Position numbers and translations under genes: made by a program. From the NCBI GenBank assembly GCA_044376115.1, contig JBILLK010000026.1, forward strand, positions 1 through 64,000: a stretch of DNA of 64,000 bases, written 5' to 3'. The notes beneath the pieces were generated by a model. It searched no databases and was not told where the DNA came from. It worked only from the letters and a program-made list of their open reading frames with translations. Of the stretch, positions 48,954-58,324 are shown piece after piece. Every line of letters begins with the position of its first letter. Position 1 is the first letter of the stretch. Source of the DNA: Polyangiaceae bacterium (GTDB taxonomy: Bacteria > Myxococcota_A > Polyangia > Polyangiales > Polyangiaceae).

Positions 48954-51592
48954 CAGAACTCTCCTCGCAGGCCGAAGCTCGGCAGAATCGTGAGTCCGTA
49001 TTGGTAGCCAGTGCGCGAGTAGTCGTAGCTGTAGGCGATCGCCTCGGCGGCCTGGTGGTTGTAGATGTTTTGGATATCGAGGTACATCGAGAAGGCCCAA
49101 TCCTCGAACTGCCACTTCTTGTCGGCGCGGATATCGAGTTGGTGGAAGAGCGGCAGTCGGCCTGAGTTCGGGTCGCCGTCGACGTTCACGTAGTCGGTGC
49201 CGTTGGCCGAGTAGACGCCGGGCAACGACGAAGACGTTGGCGTATACGGGTTGCCGGAGATGAGCCGGAAGCGCCCGCCGAGCTCCCAACCCGACCCGAG
49301 TTTGAAGCTGCCCACCACCGTTAGGTTGTGGGTCTGGTCGTTGTTCGTGAGGTATTGCTGGCCCTCCTCGGTGAGGTTCCGCGTCGTGCGCGAAAGCGTG
49401 TAAGCGACCCAGCCGAAGAAGGTGTCGTCGGGGTCGTAGCGGAGCAACACCTCGAGCCCGTAGGCCCGCCCATCGCCGACGTTGCGATACTCGAAGCCCC
49501 CGCCTTCGACCGGGACGCCGAGCACCAAATTGAAAAGCTGCTTGTAGTAGCCGTCGGCAGCGAGCGAGAGGTTCGGGGTGAAGCGTTGCTGTACGCCGAA
49601 GGTCGCGTGCATCGATCGTTCGCCGTTCGCCTCCGGCGTACCGAAGACCTGATCGGTCTGTTGCAAATCCGGCGGCTGACCGAAGAGCCCGATGCCGCCG
49701 CGAAGCAGGGTCTGCGGCTCGCGCTCGGGGTTCTTGAGCGGAGCGCCCCAGATGGCCGCCTTGGCCGAGAGCCGCGGATCGAACGTCGCGTCCTCGGTGC
49801 GGCGAGAAAAATCGAAGCGCAGACCGGGGACGATCGAGACCCGCTCGTGTGGCGTGAGCTCGACCTCAGCGTAGGCCGCCGGCTGATGTTCGACGAAGCT
49901 ACTGCTCGTGGTGAGCAGCCGTTGCGAAGCCAACGGGCCGGGCGTCTGCTGGCCTTGCGGCGTCGGGCGCGGCGCCGTCACCTCGAGCGAGCGCGGGGTC
50001 ACCGACCAATCGACACCGACGCGCGCAGCGAGCCAGTCGATCGGCCTGTAGGTCGACTCGACGCGCCACTCGATCGGCACGTCCTCGAAGTCGAAGCTCT
50101 GTGCGCCGACCCCGAACTCGTTGCTCGTCCAGCCGCCCGACAACATCGCCGAGAAGGTCAGATTGTCGAGGGGTTGCGCGCTATAGAGGATCTGCCCGCG
50201 AACGAAGCGCGTGGCGATCCCGAGATCGCGCACCGCCGGATCCCCGGTGTCGTCGAGCACGAGGCGAAACGTGTCATCCGACCCGAAAAGGCGAAAGGAG
50301 AGCGAATCGGTCGCGTTGATCTTGTGATTAACCGCTGCCTGGTAGTCGTAGTAGACGGGCGCAGCGATGTTGCTCGCGACGCCGGCCGCAGACAGCGCGC
50401 GCCCGAGCCACGCATCGAGCCACGAGCGCCGGCCGGCGACGCTGAAGGACCAGTCGTCGCTGACCGGTCCACTCAACATCAAGCGGGTGTTGATCAGATC
50501 GACCTGCGCGAGACCGTGGAAGCAATCCTCGCCTTCCGAGACCTCCCCGTTCTTGCGGCACTGGGTATCCGGTGGGCGCATCCCGATGTCGATGATGCCG
50601 CCCAGGAAACGCCCGTAGCGGACGCTGAAGTTGCCTGGGTAGAAATCGATGCGCTCGAGCGACTCAGCAGGCAGCACGCTGGCGAAGCCGCCGAAGTGGT
50701 AGGCGAGCGGTACCGAGGTCCCGTCGATGAAGACGCCGGTCTCGTCCGGCGCGGAACCGCGGACGATCAGCGCGCCGAAGCCTCCGGCCGAGCGAGCCAA
50801 GCCAGGAAGGCTCTCGAGCGCGCGCAGCGGATCGCCCGCGGCGCCGGGGATCTTTGCCAGCTCCTCGCTCGATACGACGCGGCTCACGACCTCACGCTCC
50901 GGCCTCGCGACAAGCCGCTCGCCGACCACCACGACCTCGTTCTTCACCGGAGCGAGCGCGAGCCGGTACACGACCTCGCGCGACTCGCCCGGCACCAACT
51001 CTTCGCTGAACGCCCCTTCGAGGTAGCCGTCTCCCCGAACGCGTAGGAGCGACGTAGCGGCAGGCAGATCGACGAACTCGAACGCGCCCTCGGCGTTGGT
51101 CTTGGTGCGCCGCTCCCCCATCGTGATCTCGACGTCGCGCAGCGGAAAGTCGCCTTCCTGGCTGCGGACGACGCCCTTCAGCGTCGCCGTCTTCTTCTCC
51201 TCCACCGGCACCGGTGCGGGCTCGGCGATATCGAACACGTAGTCGTAGATGATCCGCGCCGAGACCGGCTTTCCGTCACGGGTCGCCGGCTCGAACACGA
51301 AGCGCGTCGCAGCGTCGGCGGCCGCCTCGTCGAGACCGAGCCCCAGCGGCTCGCTCACCCGCTCGACCGTCTCCACCACGCCTTTCTCCGAGATCGTCAG
51401 ACGAAGCTGGACCACGCCCTCTTTGCCGGCCTCCTTCGCCGCTTCGGGATACGGCGCTTCCGCCGCCGTCACGAGCCGCGGAGGCGTTAGCGCGGGCGGA
51501 GTGGGAGGGTCAGTAGGAGGAGCCGCTTGCGCAAACGCGACCTTGCTCCCGAACAAGATGCACAACGCCCCAAGGTGACGCCAGAAGACCAT
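48953..51592 (-). CDS. TonB-dependent receptor with N-terminal TonB C-terminal-like domain and carboxypeptidase-regulatory-like domain
   Basis: YPEAAKEAGKEGVVQLRLTISEKG...FEPATRDGKPV; plug IPGAAGDPLRALESLPG, ERIDFYPGNFSVRYG; ends GLRGEF. Confidence 0.9.
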   Translation of the reverse strand: MVFWRHLGALCILFGSKVAFAQAAPPTDPPTPPALTPPRLVTAAEAPYPEAAKEAGKEGVVQLRLTISEKGVVETVERVSEPLGLGLDEAAADAATRFVFEPATRDGKPVSARIIYDYVFDIAEPAPVPVEEKKTATLKGVVRSQEGDFPLRDVEITMGERRTKTNAEGAFEFVDLPAATSLLRVRGDGYLEGAFSEELVPGESREVVYRLALAPVKNEVVVVGERLVARPEREVVSRVVSSEELAKIPGAAGDPLRALESLPGLARSAGGFGALIVRGSAPDETGVFIDGTSVPLAYHFGGFASVLPAESLERIDFYPGNFSVRYGRFLGGIIDIGMRPPDTQCRKNGEVSEGEDCFHGLAQVDLINTRLMLSGPVSDDWSFSVAGRRSWLDAWLGRALSAAGVASNIAAPVYYDYQAAVNHKINATDSLSFRLFGSDDTFRLVLDDTGDPAVRDLGIATRFVRGQILYSAQPLDNLTFSAMLSGGWTSNEFGVGAQSFDFEDVPIEWRVESTYRPIDWLAARVGVDWSVTPRSLEVTAPRPTPQGQQTPGPLASQRLLTTSSSFVEHQPAAYAEVELTPHERVSIVPGLRFDFSRRTEDATFDPRLSAKAAIWGAPLKNPEREPQTLLRGGIGLFGQPPDLQQTDQVFGTPEANGERSMHATFGVQQRFTPNLSLAADGYYKQLFNLVLGVPVEGGGFEYRNVGDGRAYGLEVLLRYDPDDTFFGWVAYTLSRTTRNLTEEGQQYLTNNDQTHNLTVVGSFKLGSGWELGGRFRLISGNPYTPTSSSLPGVYSANGTDYVNVDGDPNSGRLPLFHQLDIRADKKWQFEDWAFSMYLDIQNIYNHQAAEAIAYSYDYSRTGYQYGLTILPSFGLRGEF

Positions 51593-51604
51593 TGCTCCGG
51601 CCAG

Positions 51605-51621
51605 TGCACGGGCTGGGCCAG
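51605..51621 (-). promoter_or_regulatory. Putative sigma54 promoter for the receptor operon
   Basis: CTGGCCCAGCCCGTGCA on the minus strand, GG-N10-GC. Confidence 0.55.
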
Positions 51622-51671
51622 CCCTAGACCGCGAAACTCCCGCGCTGTTCGAGCCCGGCGTCGGGCAAACC

Positions 51672-51707
51672 ATCGTCGGTTTTCCGATGATCGTCGGAGG
51701 TCGTCGG
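51672..51707. promoter_or_regulatory. Putative activator binding site (enhancer)
   Basis: ATCGTCGG-TTTT-CCGATGAT palindrome plus further TCGTCGG half-sites at 51691 and 51701. Confidence 0.5.
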
Positions 51708-51750
51708 GACAAAGACTGCGCGAATCGAGACGATCTGCGCGCTTCGTTCG

Positions 51751-51766
51751 AGGCACGGCTCCTGCT
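51751..51766 (+). promoter_or_regulatory. Putative sigma54 promoter for the exbB operon
   Basis: AGGCACGGCTCCTGCT, GG-N10-GC. Confidence 0.55.
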
Positions 51767-51778
51767 GAGGCTGGCTCG

Positions 51779-52453
51779 ATGGATATTGTCTCTCGAATCA
51801 AGAACCTGATGCTCGATACCGGAGCCGCCTGGGTGATGTGGCTCCTGATCGGGCTGAGTATCGTCTCTCTCTCAATCGTGCTCGAGCGCGCGCTGGTGCT
51901 GTATCGCGCCTCCGGCAACGCCGCGGCGCTGCGCGAGATCCTCGCGCGAGAGCTGGCCGGTGGCAGCATCGACGGCGCGCTCGCCGCGCTGCGAGGCAGC
52001 CTTCACCCCGGGGCGCGCGTCGCCACCCGAGGCATGCAGCGCGCCAAAGAGACTCGCGACGCCAAACAGATCGAGAAGGCCATGGCCGCCGAGCAGATGT
52101 CCGAGCGCGCGCGGCTGGAGAAGAACCTGTCCTTCCTCGGCACGCTCGGTAACAACGCTCCCTTCGTTGGCCTGTTCGGTACCGTCATCGGCATCATCGA
52201 GGCGTTCGAGCACCTCGGCTCCTCGAACGAAGGTCTCTCCGGTCAGAGCGGGAATCAGCTCGTGATGGCGGCGATCGCCGAGGCGCTCGTGAGCACGGCT
52301 GTGGGTATCGCGGTGGCAATCCCAGCGGTGTTCGCCTTCAACCAACTGCTCCGCTCGATCAAGGTGCGCCTCGACGCCTCGCAGATGATCGCCGAGGAGG
52401 TGCTCGCCAGTCTGCCGCTCGCCGAGCCAGCACACGAAGAGGCCGAGTCGTGA
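51779..52453 (+). CDS. exbB: MotA/TolQ/ExbB proton channel protein
   Basis: FLGTLGNNAPFVGLFGTVIGII, AIAEALVSTAVGIAVAIPA. Confidence 0.9.
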   Translation: MDIVSRIKNLMLDTGAAWVMWLLIGLSIVSLSIVLERALVLYRASGNAAALREILARELAGGSIDGALAALRGSLHPGARVATRGMQRAKETRDAKQIEKAMAAEQMSERARLEKNLSFLGTLGNNAPFVGLFGTVIGIIEAFEHLGSSNEGLSGQSGNQLVMAAIAEALVSTAVGIAVAIPAVFAFNQLLRSIKVRLDASQMIAEEVLASLPLAEPAHEEAES

Positions 52454-52875
52454 GCGGCGGAGCTGGAGACGACGGCCCGATCGTCGGCATCAACGTGACG
52501 CCGCTCGTCGACGTGGTGCTCGTATTGCTCGTGATCCTGATGGTGTCGACGCCGCTGCTCGCCGAACGGGTGCTGCCGATGCAGCTGCCCAAAGCCTCAT
52601 CCGGGAGTGAAGAGGTAGCCATCCTTTCGATCGAGCTCGCGAGCGACGGACGGGTGGTCGCCAACCAAATTCCGGTCGACGGGGAGGACGCGCTGGCCAA
52701 GGTGATTCAAGCCTCGCGCGCCGAACATCCGGATCTCAAAGCCGTCATCCGCGCCGATGGTGCCGTGCCCCACGGACGGGTGATCCGCGTGATGGACGTG
52801 CTGAGAAACGGCGGGGTCTCGCAGATGACCTTCGCCGTCGATGCGCTCGCGCAGAGCCCGGGGAGGTTCGAATGA
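52450..52875 (+). CDS. exbD: ExbD/TolR protein
   Basis: INVTPLVDVVLVLLVILMV, IRADGAVPHGRVIRVMD. Confidence 0.9.
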   Translation: MSGGAGDDGPIVGINVTPLVDVVLVLLVILMVSTPLLAERVLPMQLPKASSGSEEVAILSIELASDGRVVANQIPVDGEDALAKVIQASRAEHPDLKAVIRADGAVPHGRVIRVMDVLRNGGVSQMTFAVDALAQSPGRFE

Positions 52876-53624
52876 CCTCCGGCTGGTGGTTGACGTTCGG
52901 CCTCAGCGCTGGGGTCCACGTGGCGGGTTTGCTGGCGACCCCAACCGACGCGCCGTCGCGGCCGCGGATCGAGCCGCCGCCGCCCGAGGTCTCGGTCCAG
53001 CTCGAGCCACCGCCGCCTCCGCCGGTCCCCACGAACACCCCGGAGGTCACGCCCGAGCCTGAGCCGGAGCCCGACACAAAGCCGCCCGCTGCTGACCCGC
53101 CGAAAGACACGCCACCGCGTCCAGCTCCGGCTCGCACCGAGCCAGCGCAAGCCGGTCGCACGCTCACCGCACCCGCTGACGGCCCAGCCGATCCAGTGGA
53201 CTTCACGGTGCCGCAAGGCGCAGCCGATGCGAAGTACTCAGGCGGTACCACGACCAGCCAAGGCAAAGGCACAGCGCCCGGCACGCGCGAGGTCGGTACC
53301 GCGACGGCACCCGGTCCTTCGGGCCCGCCGGCCTCACCGAAGCAAGATCTGTCGAAGCGCGCGGCGCCCTCCTCCGGGAGCTGGTCCTGCTCGCGGCTCT
53401 TCCCCGCCGACGCGACCGTCAACGTCGCTTCGGTCACCATCGTCGTGCTCGTTTCCGCCGAGGGCCGCCCGAGCGCGGTGCAGGTCGTCTCCGACCCGGG
53501 CGGCGGATTTGCGGCCGCAGCGAAAGCCTGCGCGATGGGCCAATCGTACCGGCCCGGTCTCGACAGCGATGGCCGCCCAACGGCGACGCAGACTTCACCC
53601 TTCGCCGTGAGGTTCACCCGATGA
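52872..53624 (+). CDS. tonB: TonB-like energy transducer
   Basis: N-terminal S-x3-H TM segment, Pro/Glu-rich linker, TonB_C-like C-terminus. Confidence 0.75.
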   Translation: MTSGWWLTFGLSAGVHVAGLLATPTDAPSRPRIEPPPPEVSVQLEPPPPPPVPTNTPEVTPEPEPEPDTKPPAADPPKDTPPRPAPARTEPAQAGRTLTAPADGPADPVDFTVPQGAADAKYSGGTTTSQGKGTAPGTREVGTATAPGPSGPPASPKQDLSKRAAPSSGSWSCSRLFPADATVNVASVTIVVLVSAEGRPSAVQVVSDPGGGFAAAAKACAMGQSYRPGLDSDGRPTATQTSPFAVRFTR

Positions 53625-54787
53625 GCCCGAAGCCGACCCAACGCGCCGGAGGGCTCAAACGCCTACTGACGATGGCTCGGCTCGGCGTCGCGATGATGTT
53701 CCATTCGAAGTTGCGCCTCGCCGGCACGCTGCTCGGCGTCGTCTTCCCGGTCGTGCTGGCGAACTTCGCGCTCGGCACCATGTTCGGTCTTTTGGCGAAG
53801 TCGACGCTGCTGCAACGGAACGCCCGCGCCGACATTTGGATCGTGCCGTCGAGCGCGGAGATCTTGGGACAAGGCACGGTCGACTATCAGAACCTGCTGA
53901 TCGCGCGGACCACGCCCGGCGTCGCAGAGGCGCAGCCAGCGCTGTTTGGTCCGGCCTCGGTCACCTTACCCAACGGCCGACGCGAAGGCGTCACGATCCT
54001 CGGCGTAGCCGAGCCGTACGATCTCGGTGGCCCGTGGAACCTCGTCGCCGGAGACGTCAGCGTGCTGCGCCACCCCGATACGCTGCTGTTCGACTCGAGC
54101 GCGCGAGAGACCTTCGGCGGACTCAACATCGGCTCGGTGCGCGAGGTCAACGACCGGCGCACCTCGGTGGGCGGCTTCACCTGGGGCCTCGCGCCCTTCG
54201 GCGCTTCCTTCGCCTTCGCCGACTATGAAACGGCGCGCGAGTATCTCCACGTCCCGCGCGATCGCGTCGGCTTCGTCTTGGTGCGCCTCGAACCAGGCGC
54301 CGATCCACAAGAAGTCGCGGCCGCGCTACGTGCCCGCGTCGACGACGCCGCCGTCCATCCAACCTCCGAGTTCGTCGCCATCGGCTACCGCCAGATCCTC
54401 ACCAAGACGCCGATCGGAGTCACCTTCGTCACCATCAGCGCCTTCGGCCTCATCGTCGGTCTCGTGATCGTCGGCCTAGCGATGTTCTCCTCGGTCGTCG
54501 ACAACCTCAAAGAGTTCGGCACGCTCAAAGCGGTGGGGCTCGGCATGTTCGACCTCAGCGCGATCCTGCTCTCTCAGGCTATTTTGTATGCAGCCATCGG
54601 CTCGGCGCTCGGCCTCTTGCTCGTCAACGGCATCGCCCGCCTGATGCGCTCGCCCAACGTCGGCCTCGAGCTCCCGCCGTTGCTCGCGATCGGAACGGCG
54701 GTGCTGATGGGCATCGTCTGCGCCGTCTCGTCCTTGCTCGCCATTCAGCGGCTGCGCTCGCTCGAAGCAGGGATCGTCTTTCGATGA
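53621..54787 (+). CDS. ABC exporter permease (FtsX/MacB/DevC-like)
   Basis: ADIWIV, periplasmic domain, EFGTLKAVG, three C-terminal TM helices. Confidence 0.88.
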   Translation: MSPKPTQRAGGLKRLLTMARLGVAMMFHSKLRLAGTLLGVVFPVVLANFALGTMFGLLAKSTLLQRNARADIWIVPSSAEILGQGTVDYQNLLIARTTPGVAEAQPALFGPASVTLPNGRREGVTILGVAEPYDLGGPWNLVAGDVSVLRHPDTLLFDSSARETFGGLNIGSVREVNDRRTSVGGFTWGLAPFGASFAFADYETAREYLHVPRDRVGFVLVRLEPGADPQEVAAALRARVDDAAVHPTSEFVAIGYRQILTKTPIGVTFVTISAFGLIVGLVIVGLAMFSSVVDNLKEFGTLKAVGLGMFDLSAILLSQAILYAAIGSALGLLLVNGIARLMRSPNVGLELPPLLAIGTAVLMGIVCAVSSLLAIQRLRSLEAGIVFR

Positions 54788-55452
54788 GAGCGGTCGAAGT
54801 CTCAGCAGCGTGGAAAAGCTTCGGCACCGGGCCGGAGGCAGTGCACGCGCTACGCGGGGTCGACTTCCACGCCGACGGCGGTGAGATGGTGATGATCTCG
54901 GGACCGTCGGGGAGCGGGAAGACCACGCTGCTCTCGCTGATCGGCTGCATACTGCGGCCTTCACGCGGCGAGGTACGCTTGCTCGACAGCGTTGTATCGG
55001 CGCTCCCGGAGGGCGCGCTTGCGCCGATTCGGCTCTCGCACATCGGCTTCGTGTTCCAGTCCCACAACCTAATCGGCTCGCTCACCGCCGCCGAGAACGT
55101 CGCGCTCATGCTCCAACTCCGCAACCTCCCCGAGCGCGGCGCCGGCCAGCTGCTCGAGCTCGTCGGCATGTCGCACCGCGCCGACGCGGAGGTCAGCGGG
55201 CTGTCCGGCGGCGAACGTCAGCGGGTCGCGATCGCGCGGGCCGTCGCTGGCTCCCCGCCCATCATCCTCGCCGACGAACCCACCGCCTCGCTCGACGCCA
55301 AGAACGGCACGCTGGTCTGCGAGATCCTGCGCCGACTCGCGAAGGATCTCGGGCACGCGGTGGTGGTCGTTACCCACGATCCGCGCGTCCTCCACCTCGC
55401 GGATCGACGCGTGAACATCGAAGACGGGGTCGTGACGGAGGTGATCGCATGA
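54784..55452 (+). CDS. ABC transporter ATP-binding protein (LolD/DevA-like)
   Basis: GPSGSGKT, LSGGERQRVAIARA, ILADEPTASLD, VTHD. Confidence 0.95.
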   Translation: MRAVEVSAAWKSFGTGPEAVHALRGVDFHADGGEMVMISGPSGSGKTTLLSLIGCILRPSRGEVRLLDSVVSALPEGALAPIRLSHIGFVFQSHNLIGSLTAAENVALMLQLRNLPERGAGQLLELVGMSHRADAEVSGLSGGERQRVAIARAVAGSPPIILADEPTASLDAKNGTLVCEILRRLAKDLGHAVVVVTHDPRVLHLADRRVNIEDGVVTEVIA

Positions 55453-56516
55453 GGCTCGGACGAGGTGCTTTGGCGTTGATCCTAGGGGCGGGCTCAGTCG
55501 GCGCGATGGCGCTCACGGCGACCGCGCTGCAGCTCCCCGAAGGCGTGACCGCGGCGGAGGTGAAGCGCGAAGGGCGCAGCCTGACTGACGAAGGGCAAGA
55601 CCGCTTCGTCCTGCGTGACGGCATCGCAGGCCCCGGCCTGATCGAGCCGCGGTCCGGCGAGATCCGCGTAGCGACGCGCGAGTCGGGGACGCTGGTGCGC
55701 GTACTCATTGCCGAGGGAGATACGGTGACGCGCGGCCAGCCGCTGTTCGAACTCGACGCCGAGGCCGAGCGCACCGCTCTCGCCACAGCCGAGGCGGAAG
55801 TCCAAGCCGCGCGCGAGGAGGTCAACCGCGCCAAGAGCGGCGCAAAAAACGACGACCTCGAGGCGATGGTCGCCGACACCAGCGCGGCCGAGGCCCGCTT
55901 ACGACTCTCCGAAACAAAGCTCAAACGAACCGAGGACCTTTGGCGAGCCGAGGCCGTCGCAGGCGAAGAGGTCGACCAGCTCCGCACGCAGCTCGAGATC
56001 GATCGTGAGAGCAAGCGGGCCCTCGAGAGCCGCCTCAAGTCAGCCCGTGGTGGCAAGCCGCAAGACGTACTCGTACAAGAGCGACGACTCGAGGTCGCGA
56101 TCGCGCGGCGCAGCGAAGCCGAGACACGGCTCGAACGCCGCACGGTACGCGCCCCCATCGCAGGCACGCTGCTGCAGCTCCGCTTCCGCGAGGGTGACTA
56201 CTACAGCGCCGAACAAGGTGCGCTCGCCCTCCTCGCCGACACAACCCGGCTCCTCGCCCGCATCGACATCGACGAACGCGACGTCGCCCTCGTCGCGGTA
56301 GGTGCTCCCGCGAGCGTCGTCATCCCCTCCGATCCAAGCCACGCCCTCCCGGGAACCGTCCTCCGCGTCGGCCAGCGCATGGGCCGCAAAAACGTCCGCA
56401 CCGACGACCCCGTCGAACGTATCGACACAAAGATCCTCGAGGTCGAGATCGAACTCGCCCAGACCGAAGGCCTGCGCCCCGGCCTGCGCGTAACCGGGTA
56501 TATCGCGCGGCCGTAG
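55449..56516 (+). CDS. HlyD family membrane fusion protein
   Basis: EGDTVTRGQPLF lipoyl-like half, coiled coil, VRAPIAG, IDERDV, LRPGLRV. Confidence 0.88.
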   Translation: MRLGRGALALILGAGSVGAMALTATALQLPEGVTAAEVKREGRSLTDEGQDRFVLRDGIAGPGLIEPRSGEIRVATRESGTLVRVLIAEGDTVTRGQPLFELDAEAERTALATAEAEVQAAREEVNRAKSGAKNDDLEAMVADTSAAEARLRLSETKLKRTEDLWRAEAVAGEEVDQLRTQLEIDRESKRALESRLKSARGGKPQDVLVQERRLEVAIARRSEAETRLERRTVRAPIAGTLLQLRFREGDYYSAEQGALALLADTTRLLARIDIDERDVALVAVGAPASVVIPSDPSHALPGTVLRVGQRMGRKNVRTDDPVERIDTKILEVEIELAQTEGLRPGLRVTGYIARP

Positions 56517-56599
56517 GGAGATTACGCATTAGGCGCTGTTGCTGCGAAGGAGACGGGCGCGCTGATTGGGCGCTGCAAGCCCGCCGCGCTAGGCGCGGC

Positions 56600-56974
56600 G
56601 CGACGTAATTCAGGGGAGCTGCGGCAGCCTGCCGGCGTTACTTCGCTACAAGCCCGCTGGGCGTGGGCGCTCCGCGACGTAACCCAGGGGGGCTGCGGCA
56701 GCCTGCCGGCGTTACTTCGCTACAAGCCCGTGGGTGTGGGCGCGCTGCGACGTAACCCAGGGGAGCTACGCAAGCCTGCCGGCGTTACTTCGCAAAAACG
56801 CTCGCACTTTGCAGTGGTTGGCTCATCGGTGCCGCAAAAACAGCCAATATCCAAGCAAGTAGATCGTTCCAGGCCTGTCGGATGCGGTCGTAAGCCCGTT
56901 GGATGCGAATTAACGCACAGGAGCTAGCGTAGCTCCCCTGGCTTAGTCCGCAATGCGACCCAGCGAGCGGCTCA
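56600..56974. repeat. REP-like repeat cluster 1 (three 47-bp palindromic units plus an inverted distal arm)
   Basis: GCGACGTAACCCAGGGGAGCTGCGGCAGCCTGCCGGCGTTACTTCGC units at 56600, 56674 and 56747; inverted arm AGCTCCCCTGGCTTAGTCCGC ending 56951. Confidence 0.85.
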
Positions 56975-57268
56975 CGGCGCCGCTCCATACCAATGCACCG
57001 TAAATACCTTCCGGCGCCAGCGGTGCAAGCGGTCTCCGAGCCCGCGCAGACAGTGAGATACCACCGCCACACTTCCGTCCCCCTCCCGCAAGCTGGCTCC
57101 CCCATCCGCACGCAGCGAAAGCGCTGCGGAGCGAGTACGGATTTGGGGGAGCAGTGGCGCAGCGCAACGCAGTGGAGCGAGCACACCGAGGGGGGCCAAT
57201 GAAGGTCTGCGCCCGGGCCTGCGCTAACAGGGTATGTGGCGCGACTTCAGGGTAATATGGAGGCTCAA

Positions 57269-57763
57269 ATGCTTTCAACGCAGCGGCTGACCCTTCGCGG
57301 CATTCAGGAGAGCGACGCATCAACGATGGCCGACCTTCTTGCGGACGATGAGGCTGGCGTTCGAATGACTGAGCGGCTGCCCTGGCCAGCCACCGTGGAG
57401 GCGGCTCGCGAGTGGATCCGACTTCGCCTTGGGCCGAACGAACATGTGTTCGCGATTGAGGTCGAGGGAGAGTTAGCGGGCGCCATCGGGTTCATCTTGA
57501 TGGGCGAGGTCGTGGGCGTCGGCTACTGGCTCGGCAAGGGGTATCGAGGTAAGCGCTATGCGTCGGAGGCGCTCGCGGCAGTCCTCACCTACGCGAAGAC
57601 TTTGGGCGCTCGAGTGGCCGTCGCTGAGACCTTCCTAGACAACGAAGCATCGCAACGCGTGCTTCTCCAGTGTGGGTTCGAGCGTAAGGGAGTCCATGAG
57701 AAGGAAGTCTCGAACCGGGCCGGCGTCCAGCAGTTGATGCAGTTCGCCGCGACGCTCGAATAG
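57269..57763 (+). CDS. RimJ/RimL-type GNAT acetyltransferase
   Basis: LSTQRLTLR, VGYWLGKGYRGKRYASEA, DNEASQRVLLQCGF; GGAGG RBS. Confidence 0.9.
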   Translation: MLSTQRLTLRGIQESDASTMADLLADDEAGVRMTERLPWPATVEAAREWIRLRLGPNEHVFAIEVEGELAGAIGFILMGEVVGVGYWLGKGYRGKRYASEALAAVLTYAKTLGARVAVAETFLDNEASQRVLLQCGFERKGVHEKEVSNRAGVQQLMQFAATLE

Positions 57764-57810
57764 GCCGCAGTTTCGCATTCTCTATCACCGCTTCGTCCAC
57801 CAACGCAGCT

Positions 57811-58144
57811 GCGACGTAACCCAGAGGAGCTGCGATAAGCGCTGCGAACTAAGCCAGGGGAGCTGCGGCAGCCTGCCGGCGTTACTTCGCTACAAGCCCG
57901 TGGGTGTGGGTGCTCTGCGACGTAACCCTGGGGAGCTGCGCTAGCCTACCGGCGTTACTTCGCAAAAACGCTCGCACCTCGCTGCGGCTGGCTTATCGGC
58001 ACCGCAAAAACGGCCAATATCCTAGTAGGCAGGCACGTCCACGCCTGCCGGATGCGGTCGTAAGCCCGGTGGATGCGAATTAACGCACAGGGGCTAGCGC
58101 AGCTCCCCTGGCTTAGTTCGCAATGCGACCCAGCGGGCGGCTCA
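57811..58144. repeat. REP-like repeat cluster 2, direct copy of 56674-56974
   Basis: 57844-58144 aligns without gaps to 56674-56974 (about 35 mismatches in 301 by manual count); partial unit at 57811. Confidence 0.85.
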
Positions 58145-58324
58145 AGGAGCCGACCGCCGCTAGCCTTACCCGACATGCAGCACGCGGAGCTGCTTGGGGA
58201 TGGGCCGTCGAATTGGACGTTTTGCTCAATTGAGTAGGGGATCCACAGGGGATCGACCTGCGAATTCAACAATATGGTGATTTCGACGACCGATCCTCGC
58301 AGCTCCCGCATCCGCCAACCACGC

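Noticed and set aside
49328..51046. Long antisense ORFs (e.g. 49328-51046 +, 3954-5114 -, 19643-20800 +, 43987-45126 +)
   Set aside because: Shadow frames opposite well-supported genes, expected in high-GC DNA; no motifs.
56600..58144. Integron attC sites flanking a GNAT cassette, or a CRISPR array
   Set aside because: Units are 47 bp, ends (CGTAAC/GTTACTT) do not fit RYYYAAC/GTTRRRY, linkers are near-identical rather than unique, and no integrase or cas gene is present.
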